Below are positions 56,874 to 64,000 of a DNA stretch of 64,000 nt, one piece after another; position 1 is the first letter of the stretch, and each line of letters begins with the position of its first letter. The position numbers and the translations under genes were made by a program. Below the pieces are notes generated by a model. The model saw nothing but the letters and a program-made list of their open reading frames with translations, searched no databases and was not told where the DNA came from. Source of the stretch: a bacterium (GTDB lineage: Bacteria > Krumholzibacteriota > Krumholzibacteriia > G020349025); assembly GCA_031362565.1 (NCBI GenBank), contig JANLSU010000132.1, forward strand, positions 1 through 64,000, given 5' to 3'.

Positions 56874-58405
56874 ACGCGGCGCGGCGCGGTCCTGCGTGGT
56901 GGCCGGTCGCTGCTGCGGCGATTCTGCAATGGTCCGTCTTGGCGCGCGCGCCGTTCCTGCCGTTCGTCGATTTGCCGCAGCACGTCGCCCAGGCGCAGCT
57001 GTGGCTGCATCTGCACGGCGCGAACGTGGCCCGGTTGTTCGAATCGCAGTTGATTCCGCAGGTAAACGTCCTCGCACTCCTGGTGCTGGCGCCGCTTCAC
57101 GCCCTCTCGAGCGAGGGGCTCGCGGTGCGCGCGCTGCTCGCCCTGTACATCGGCGGCCTCGCCTGTTCGCTGTACCGGTTGACGCGCGTTCTCGGCACAC
57201 CGGCGTGGGGCGCCGTTGCCGGGTTGCTCTTCGCGGTGCAGTTCAACCTGTGGTATGGGTTCCTGTCGTACTGCCTGGCACTGCCGGTTTTCGTGCTGCT
57301 CGTGTCGCGCTGGGCGGGCAGCGCCGCGGCCCACGCGCCGCGCGCCACCAAGCGCACGTTGGCAGTGGACGCGCTCCTGTGGTGGGTGCTCCTCCTCGGT
57401 CACACGCTGGTCTTCGCCTTCGCGCTCGCCACCTTCGCGCTGTGGATCGGGTTCGGCGCCGGCAGACGGATGCGTGTCGGGCGAGCCATGGCACTCCTGC
57501 CCGCGCTCGGATGGTTCGCGTGGTGGAATATCTCGAACCGCGCGCTGCTTGCCCGGCATTTTCCGGAGGGCGGTGGTGCGCTGGACGCAATTTGGGAAGG
57601 CCCCGGAACCAAACTGCAGGATTTGGGACGTTCGCTGCTCGTCGCCAGCTCGCCCGGTCGCACGGAGACCGTGGTTCTTTGGGTGATTGCAGCCGTGACG
57701 TTGTGGCTTTTGCTTCGCGGTGCACCGGCTTCGACCTCAGGCGCCTCGGCCCCCCGCAACTGGGTTCGTTGGGCCGGAGCACTGGGGTTGGTCGCCTACT
57801 GCGCGCTGCCCTACTCGATCTACGAACGCGACCGCGTGACGTACGGGCTCTTCATTCTCTACCAGCGTTTCGCGGTGTTTGCACCGCTGCTCGTGCTGCC
57901 CACCTTGAAAGCACCGTCCGGGCGCACAACGCGCCGGCTGCTCGCCGCCGCGGTCGCGGCCTGCCATATCGTCCTCGCGCTGCAATGGAACGCCGTCTTG
58001 ACGAACGTGGCCAAAGAGGCCGCGCCGCTCGACGACGCCATCGCAACCATGGCGCCGGGCCGCGTGCTCAAGAGCCTCATCTACAAACCGTATCCGGCGG
58101 GCCTGCGCTTTGAGTCGTTCTTGCATGTCGCAAGCTATTATCAGGCACGCCGGCTCGGCGAGACGGATCAGAGCTTCGCCGTGCTCCTGCCGTCCCCGAT
58201 TCACTATCGGGATCTGCGTCATCCCTACCTGTCACTTCAAGACGAACATTTGCGCCCCGAAGAATTCGACTTCGAACACGGTGGACCGCTCTATGATTTC
58301 ATCCTGACATACGTCGCCCCGAGCACCCTCCCGGGGGCAACGACGCTCTTCACGCGCAATGGTTGGCGCATCGAAACTCTCGCGGCCTCATCTGCCCGCC
58401 ACTAG
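56870..58405 (+). CDS. polytopic membrane protein, possible GT-C fold glycosyltransferase
   Basis: DLPQH after TM1, YGFLSY, more than 10 TMs; ATGA-coupled to the upstream gene. Confidence 0.6.
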   Translation: MNAARRGPAWWPVAAAAILQWSVLARAPFLPFVDLPQHVAQAQLWLHLHGANVARLFESQLIPQVNVLALLVLAPLHALSSEGLAVRALLALYIGGLACSLYRLTRVLGTPAWGAVAGLLFAVQFNLWYGFLSYCLALPVFVLLVSRWAGSAAAHAPRATKRTLAVDALLWWVLLLGHTLVFAFALATFALWIGFGAGRRMRVGRAMALLPALGWFAWWNISNRALLARHFPEGGGALDAIWEGPGTKLQDLGRSLLVASSPGRTETVVLWVIAAVTLWLLLRGAPASTSGASAPRNWVRWAGALGLVAYCALPYSIYERDRVTYGLFILYQRFAVFAPLLVLPTLKAPSGRTTRRLLAAAVAACHIVLALQWNAVLTNVAKEAAPLDDAIATMAPGRVLKSLIYKPYPAGLRFESFLHVASYYQARRLGETDQSFAVLLPSPIHYRDLRHPYLSLQDEHLRPEEFDFEHGGPLYDFILTYVAPSTLPGATTLFTRNGWRIETLAASSARH

Positions 58406-58479
58406 CCTAGATGCGGCCCTCCCATTGCCGCGCAGTGTTTCGCTCCGCTACCCTTGACGGCATCTGCCTGTGAGGGGGT

Positions 58480-60363
58480 GTGCAGTTGCGAAACGTGTCC
58501 ACGATCGCGCTCCTCGCCGTCGCGATGGTCGCAATCCTGGCAACGACGACGCGCTACCATCGCGTTCACCTGCACGAGCCCGGTGAGGCGGCGCGCCCGG
58601 TCGAAGTGCTGGCCGGCCAATACGTTGCCTCGACCGCCTGCAAGGCCTGCCATCCGATTGAGTATGCGACGTGGCACGCCTCCTATCACCACACGATGAC
58701 TCAGAAGGCGGCTCCAGGCGCTGTGATCGGGCGCTTCGACGGCAGCGAGATCGCGACCGAGGGCTACATCTACAAAGTCGAGCACCAAGGAGATGACTAC
58801 TGGGTCGAGATTCGGAGCGCGCTCGATCCGCCCGGCACCGCCGGCATCAAGCGTACGATCCTCATGACCACGGGTTCGCACCACCAACAGATCTACTGGG
58901 CGGACAGCGGCATCGGCCGGGCGTTGGAATTGTTGCCGCTCCTATGGAACGTGCAGGAGCAACGGTGGAGAACTCGCGACGCCTTGTTCCTGCGGCCACC
59001 CAAGACCGTCGACGCACTTTCGAATCCCGCCCCGGGCGAGTGGAGCAAGAACTGCAACCGTTGCCATTCGACTTTTCCGCGGCCACGCGTCACCGAGCCG
59101 TTCCTGAAGGTCGACACGCAGGTCGTGGAGTTCGGGATTGCGTGTGAAGAGTGCCATGGCCCGGGTGACCACCACGTGCAGGTCAACATGGATCCGATCC
59201 GGCGCTTCCGCGAATACACCAACAACAGCCCGGACTCGACCATCGTGCAGCCGATGCGTTTGTCGCATCGCAGGTCGTCCGAGGTGTGCGGCCAGTGCCA
59301 CGCGGTGTCATTGCGCGGCCGGGCCGAAACCGCCCACTGGAACACTCAGGGCTTCAGCTTCGAGCCCGGCGGCGACCTGGAAGCCACCCAAACCCTCGTG
59401 CACAAAGGCGACGACACGCCGCTGCTGCGTTCCGCTGTGAAAGAGGTGCCATCCTTCGTCGATATGATGTTCTGGCCCGACGGTGTTGTCTGCGCCGCCG
59501 GGCGTGAATACAGCGGCATGCAGACGGCACCTTGTTTCGAACGCGGCACCATGTCTTGCATGTCGTGCCACCAAATGCACGAACGGCCGGGCGATGCGCG
59601 CCCACGGGCCGAATGGACCGAGGATCAGTTGAAGCCCGGCATGCGCGGCAACAACGCTTGCATCCAGTGCCATCCCAAGTTCAACGACGAGGCGCGTCTC
59701 ACGGCCCACACACACCACAAGGCGGCCTCCTCCGGCAGCAACTGCTACAACTGCCATATGCCGTTCACGACTTGGGCGCTCTCCAAAGCGGTGCGCAACC
59801 ATCACATCGACTCGCCGGTCGCGCAATCGAGCACATTGACGGAGCGGCCGAACGCTTGCAACCTCTGCCACCTCGACAAGACGCTCGAATGGACCGCCAC
59901 ATCCTTGTTCGACTGGTACAAAACACCGAAGCCGGAATTGACCGCGGCGGATCGGTCGATCGCGGCGGGCGTCCGTTGGGCCGTCTCCGGAGACGCACGC
60001 CAGCGGGTCTTCGTGGCGTGGTGCATGGGCTGGCCAGACGCTCAAGAAGCCAGCGGAACGGCGTGGATGGCGCCTTACTTCGCGCAACTGCTCGAGGATC
60101 CTTACGACCTGGTGCGTTTCGTTGCACAGCGTTCCCTGCGTACGGTGCCGGGCAGCGTGACGATCGGTTACGACTTCATGGACCCACCAGCGGCGCGGGC
60201 GCGCGCCACGGGACTGCTGCGGCAGTCGTGGCGGCGCGACGGTGCTCCGGCGGCGGCGCGCCACGCAGCGCTGCTCGTCGACGCCGAAGGCCGCTTGATG
60301 GACGCGGCCTTCTTGCAACTCCTCAACCAGCGGGAGAATCGTGATGTCATCCTCGGTGAGTGA
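58480..60363 (+). CDS. octaheme c-type cytochrome
   Basis: Eight CxxCH: CKACH, CNRCH, CEECH, CGQCH, CMSCH, CIQCH, CYNCH, CNLCH; N-terminal signal/anchor. Confidence 0.9.
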   Translation: MQLRNVSTIALLAVAMVAILATTTRYHRVHLHEPGEAARPVEVLAGQYVASTACKACHPIEYATWHASYHHTMTQKAAPGAVIGRFDGSEIATEGYIYKVEHQGDDYWVEIRSALDPPGTAGIKRTILMTTGSHHQQIYWADSGIGRALELLPLLWNVQEQRWRTRDALFLRPPKTVDALSNPAPGEWSKNCNRCHSTFPRPRVTEPFLKVDTQVVEFGIACEECHGPGDHHVQVNMDPIRRFREYTNNSPDSTIVQPMRLSHRRSSEVCGQCHAVSLRGRAETAHWNTQGFSFEPGGDLEATQTLVHKGDDTPLLRSAVKEVPSFVDMMFWPDGVVCAAGREYSGMQTAPCFERGTMSCMSCHQMHERPGDARPRAEWTEDQLKPGMRGNNACIQCHPKFNDEARLTAHTHHKAASSGSNCYNCHMPFTTWALSKAVRNHHIDSPVAQSSTLTERPNACNLCHLDKTLEWTATSLFDWYKTPKPELTAADRSIAAGVRWAVSGDARQRVFVAWCMGWPDAQEASGTAWMAPYFAQLLEDPYDLVRFVAQRSLRTVPGSVTIGYDFMDPPAARARATGLLRQSWRRDGAPAAARHAALLVDAEGRLMDAAFLQLLNQRENRDVILGE

Positions 60364-60838
60364 GAGCCAGGACGCCGTGCAGCACTACCGGCACCGCCAT
60401 CTGCGATTCGGTTGGTGGTCGATGTGGTGCTACTTGACACTCGGGATCGTGCTCGAGTCGATGCACGGCTTCAAGGTTGGCTGGTACTTGGGCGTCAACA
60501 ACGAAACCCGCCGCCTCATGTGGACGCTGGCGCATGCGCACGGTGCGCTTTTGGGGCTGGTCCACATTGCGTTCGCCCTGACCCTGCCCGCACTTGCGCC
60601 GTCGTTCGCGCGCCGGCAGGCGGTCGTTTCCACATTGCTCATTGCTGCGAGCTTCTTGCTCCCGGGCGGGTTCTTCCTGGGCGGCATCGTCGTCTTCGGC
60701 GGCGATCCCAATCCGGCAGTGTTGTTAACGCCCGTGGGTGCGCTCTTCATGTTGATTGCGGTGTTTCTGACGGCGTCCAACATCGCGCCGCGCGGCGGAC
60801 GGAACGGCAGCGGCGGTTCGAACGCCGGCGGCGATTAG
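60344..60838 (+). CDS. 4-TM membrane protein with HAHG motif
   Basis: Four hydrophobic helices, WTLAHAHG, PGGFFLGG; overlaps the cytochrome stop. Confidence 0.75.
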   Translation: MSSSVSESQDAVQHYRHRHLRFGWWSMWCYLTLGIVLESMHGFKVGWYLGVNNETRRLMWTLAHAHGALLGLVHIAFALTLPALAPSFARRQAVVSTLLIAASFLLPGGFFLGGIVVFGGDPNPAVLLTPVGALFMLIAVFLTASNIAPRGGRNGSGGSNAGGD

Positions 60839-60873
60839 CATCGGCCTCGGGCAAGCGCTTGTCAGGCCGCCAA

Positions 60874-61869
60874 TCAGGGCTTCTCGAATGTCGCGCGCCC
60901 GTTCGGATAGTCGACGGTGACGCGGAAGTACTTGAGTGCGGAACCGCCCAATGCACCGTCGATTTTCTGATCCATCCACTGCGACATGTACTCGTGGAAG
61001 TTGCGGTCGGGGCGCATGGTGAACCACACGGGGCCCACCTCGTAGCCGGCAATCGTCACCCGTGGCACTTCGATCACCGGCATGTGCGTCAGCCGGTCGG
61101 CGGCCGGCACGACGTGCCAGTCGGGGTGGCGGCCGCGCCAGGCGTCGAACCTACTTTGGGTGATGAAGCTGGTGCCGCGCTCCGCCGCACCCGGGCTTCC
61201 CAGGGCGGCGAGTGCGGCCTGGGCGCTTTCCGCGAGCGCAACCGTGGCGCCGGAATCGAGCAACAAATCAAGTGCTTCGCCGTCGACATCGATTCGAATG
61301 CGGGGGAATTGGGTCGTGCGCCGGCCGGACCAACGGTGTTGGAAATGCAACGGTACCTGGTGTTCCGCGTGTTCCTTGGGCCCGTGCGCCAAAAGCGACA
61401 GCGCCTGTCCCGGGTAGTCGAAGACCCAAACGCGATTCGCAAACCAGTGGCGCCCGAGAAAACCGTCGCGGCCCTGCTGAATGCCGTTGTCGGGCGGCGT
61501 GATCACCAGGCGCGCGCCGCGCGGTTCCGGCGCGTGCGGTAGCGGAATCCATGCCGAGGGCGCGAATGCGGGGAGATCGACCAAGTGCAGGGTGTCGCCC
61601 TGCGAGATCGCCGGCGTCGGCTTCATTTGGAGCCGTGGCGCCGCCGATGCCCACAGCATGTTCAGGCCACCGCCTGTATCGGTGTAAAACTCGAGCGTAT
61701 CACCGCGTTCGGTGACCGGGGCGACGGCAAAGCGGTCGGCGAGGTATCGCGTCGGCAGCGGCCGGACTTCCTGTCCGGCGGCGAAGTCGGCGCTGTCCGG
61801 CAACACACTTGAACGCGAACAACCGCATGTCGCGCCGAGTGCAAGAATGACCCACGCCCGTCTCGACAT
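60874..61869 (-). CDS. aspartyl protease-like lipoprotein with two retropepsin-like lobes
   Basis: FYTDTGGG...GFLG and LLLDSGAT...GALG...VTVDYP. Confidence 0.72.
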   Translation of the reverse strand: MSRRAWVILALGATCGCSRSSVLPDSADFAAGQEVRPLPTRYLADRFAVAPVTERGDTLEFYTDTGGGLNMLWASAAPRLQMKPTPAISQGDTLHLVDLPAFAPSAWIPLPHAPEPRGARLVITPPDNGIQQGRDGFLGRHWFANRVWVFDYPGQALSLLAHGPKEHAEHQVPLHFQHRWSGRRTTQFPRIRIDVDGEALDLLLDSGATVALAESAQAALAALGSPGAAERGTSFITQSRFDAWRGRHPDWHVVPAADRLTHMPVIEVPRVTIAGYEVGPVWFTMRPDRNFHEYMSQWMDQKIDGALGGSALKYFRVTVDYPNGRATFEKP

Positions 61870-61877
61870 GGTTTCTC

Positions 61878-62888
61878 CTACGATGCCGGTTGGCTGCGCT
61901 GGCTATCGAGCATTTGCATTTGGTGTGCGTCGTAGCGCGTGCCGGCGGCCGCATCCGGCGGGACAGCCTTTTCGATGCGGCCGAGGTCGTCGGAGGTCAA
62001 CACGACTTCGAGCGCGCCAAGCGCTTCCGACAGACGGTCACGCCGGCGTGCGCCGATGAGTGGGACGATGTCGTCGCCACGGCCCAGCACCCAGGCGATC
62101 GCAATCTGCGCGACCGTGGCGTGTTTGTCGTCCGCTACCGCCCGTAGTGCATCCACGAGCGCCAGATTGCGGTCCAGGTTGTCGCCCGTGAAGCGCGGCA
62201 GATAGTTGCGGAAGTCGCCCTTTACCAAGGCGCGTTCCTTCGACCAATGGCCGCTGAACAAACCGCGCGACAGCACGCCGTAGGCGGTGATGCCGACGCC
62301 GAGCGCCCGCGCTGCCGGCAGGATCGCCGCCTCGATGCCGCGCGAGATGAGCGAGTATTCGATCTGCAAATCCGCGATCGGATGCACGGCGTGGGCGCGC
62401 CGCAGCGTGTCGGCGCCGATTTCGGACAACCCGATCTGCCGGACGCGGCCGGCCTTGATGAGGTCGGCAATCGCGCCAACCGTATCTTCGATCGGCACGC
62501 CGGGATCGATCCGCGCCGGACGATAAATATCGACGTAGTCCGTACCGAGGCGGCGCAACGTGTAGGCGAGAAAGTTTTTGACTGCTGCGGGACGGCAGTC
62601 GGCGCCAAGCCACGCCCCGGACGCGTCACGCAGCGCGCCGAACTTCACGCTGATGAGGACACTTTCGCGCGCCCGGCCGCGCAGCGCGTCGCGCAGCAGC
62701 ATCTCGTTGTGTCCCATGCCGTAGAAATCGCCGGTATCGACCAACGTGACCCCGGCATCGAGCGCTGCATGGATCGTCGCGATGCTTTCCGGCTCATCCG
62801 CGGGCCCGTACAGATCGGACATCCCCATACAGCCAAGGCCGAGGGTCGAGACCCGGAGACCGGTGGAGCCAAGGGATCGAGTGAGCAT
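61878..62888 (-). CDS. aldo/keto reductase
   Basis: GLGCMGMS, DTGDFYG, KFG, IGLSE, QIEYSL, PLIGARR. Confidence 0.95.
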   Translation of the reverse strand: MLTRSLGSTGLRVSTLGLGCMGMSDLYGPADEPESIATIHAALDAGVTLVDTGDFYGMGHNEMLLRDALRGRARESVLISVKFGALRDASGAWLGADCRPAAVKNFLAYTLRRLGTDYVDIYRPARIDPGVPIEDTVGAIADLIKAGRVRQIGLSEIGADTLRRAHAVHPIADLQIEYSLISRGIEAAILPAARALGVGITAYGVLSRGLFSGHWSKERALVKGDFRNYLPRFTGDNLDRNLALVDALRAVADDKHATVAQIAIAWVLGRGDDIVPLIGARRRDRLSEALGALEVVLTSDDLGRIEKAVPPDAAAGTRYDAHQMQMLDSQRSQPAS

Positions 62889-62897
62889 GACGTCCTC

Positions 62898-63587
62898 CTA
62901 TGCAGCGGATCCGAACAGTGCTCCGACGCCCGAGGTAATTCCCATCGCCAGCGCTCCCCAGAACGTGACACGCAGTGCACCGACGATCGCCCGCGCGCCG
63001 CCGACGCGGGCTGCCAGGCCGCCGAGAACCGCGAGCAGGACCAGTGACGTTCCAACCACGAACGGGGCAACATGCGTTGGCGGCGCCAGCACCACGGTCA
63101 AGAGCGGGATGGCCGCGCCGGCGGCAAATGTACCGGCCGAGGCCAACGCCGCCTGTACCGGCCGCGCCGTCATCGTCTCGGAAATACCCAGTTCGTCGCG
63201 CGCGTGGGCGCCGAGTGCGTCATGCTCCATGAGTTGCACCGCGACCTGTTTCGCAAGTACTGCATCAAGGCCTCGACCCATGTAGATTGCCGCCAGTTCC
63301 CGGAGTTCGGCATCCCGGTCGGTATTGAGTTCGTGCCGCTCACGATCGATATCGGCGCGTTCCGTGTCCGCCTGGGAACTCACCGACACGTATTCACCGG
63401 CCGCCATCGACATCGCCCCGGCCACGAGGCCCGCGACGCCTGCAATCAGCACATCGCCGCGCGCCGCATGCGCGGCGACGACACCGAGCAACAGACTCGA
63501 CGTCGACAAGATGCCATCGTTGGCGCCCAAGACGGCCGCTCGGAGCCAGCCGATGCGATCGGTGCGGTGGCGTTCTTTGCCGTGCAT
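62898..63587 (-). CDS. VIT1/CCC1-family Fe/Mn transporter
   Basis: LRAAVLGANDG, SMAAGEYVSVSSQ, AHARDELG. Confidence 0.93.
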   Translation of the reverse strand: MHGKERHRTDRIGWLRAAVLGANDGILSTSSLLLGVVAAHAARGDVLIAGVAGLVAGAMSMAAGEYVSVSSQADTERADIDRERHELNTDRDAELRELAAIYMGRGLDAVLAKQVAVQLMEHDALGAHARDELGISETMTARPVQAALASAGTFAAGAAIPLLTVVLAPPTHVAPFVVGTSLVLLAVLGGLAARVGGARAIVGALRVTFWGALAMGITSGVGALFGSAA

Positions 63588-63716
63588 TGATTTCGACCTT
63601 GCCGTTTTGCGATGCTCGAGACCCGGGAGGGGTGCCGCCGGATCATGCACGTGGCCCGCGCCGAGCACAACACCCTGCATGGCCGAGAGGCGGCCACCGA
63701 CTCGCGCGCCGTGGCG

Positions 63717-63883
63717 TCAGCCGCTCCTGACCTTCGAGACCCAATCCGGCGCGGAATCGGTGTTCTGCCGCAGAAGGACCTCGTCCGTCAATGCATCGAT
63801 CGTCGGAAGTCGAGGAAGAAGAGCGCATGAAAGACGGTGTACCAGAACTGCTGCCAGAGAATGGTTCTCCAGGTGATTTCCAC
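63717..63883 (-). pseudogene. heavily deleted DinB-family gene remnant
   Basis: Hand translation gives MEITWRTILWQQF/WYTVFHALFFLDF, then in a shifted frame TIDALTDE/VLLRQNTDSAPDWVSKVRSG-stop; blocks resemble dispersed parts of DinB-like proteins. Confidence 0.5.
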
Positions 63884-63927
63884 GCGCTCATCCCTTCCGA
63901 TGAGATCCGGCGCCAGGCGACATTCGG

Positions 63928-64000
63928 CTAGACCGCCACCGCGAACAGTTTGATCGCCGGTTCATTTTCGTACAGATTGATCATTTGCTCATACTCAAAG
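63928..64000 (-). CDS. 3' end of a gene truncated by the window edge
   Basis: Open frame FEYEQMINLYENEPAIKLFAVAV-TAG; too short to assign. Confidence 0.4.
   Translation of the reverse strand, partial: FEYEQMINLYENEPAIKLFAVAV

Noticed and set aside
1..64000. Genome-wide TGA reassignment to explain two in-frame TGAs
   Set aside because: TGA terminates many complete genes at expected C-termini and forms ATGA/GTGA overlaps, so the standard code fits

Overview
GC-rich bacterial chromosomal window with about 55 protein-coding genes. I recognised no rRNA, tRNA, CRISPR array or intact transposase. Futalosine-pathway mqnC, PNPFNP/FlgD-type C-terminal domains and short C-terminal W-x-x-[VF]-K-x-L-[YF] tags suggest an FCB-affiliated candidate phylum such as Krumholzibacteriota, Latescibacterota or Eisenbacteria (inference only). 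Housekeeping genes (rpiA, mqnC, thrA, a YgfZ/GcvT-like gene, a two-component system) are mixed with many exported proteins and a metal-homeostasis island at about 47.8-56.9 kb. Best leads: (1) an exported thioredoxin-TPR protein that the ORF track splits at an in-frame TGA lying in a W-U-H-T-C (UxxC) motif, a probable selenoprotein; (2) a small signal-peptide/CxxC/RAPP leader ORF plus an RBS-occluding hairpin in front of an ATPase-less metal importer, a probable metal-sensing ribosome-stalling switch; (3) a short C-terminal tag shared by three unrelated exported proteins, a candidate protein-sorting signal alongside a second T9SS-like domain; (4) three tandem paralogues of an unassigned alpha/alpha-toroid domain, two fused to Asp-box propellers; (5) a fur-feoB operon with an uncalled 8-Cys protein, a DtxR-FeoA regulator and a rhodanese-K+ channel fusion. 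All family calls come from motif recognition; no searches were run. Start codons were often refined by eye from RBS position.
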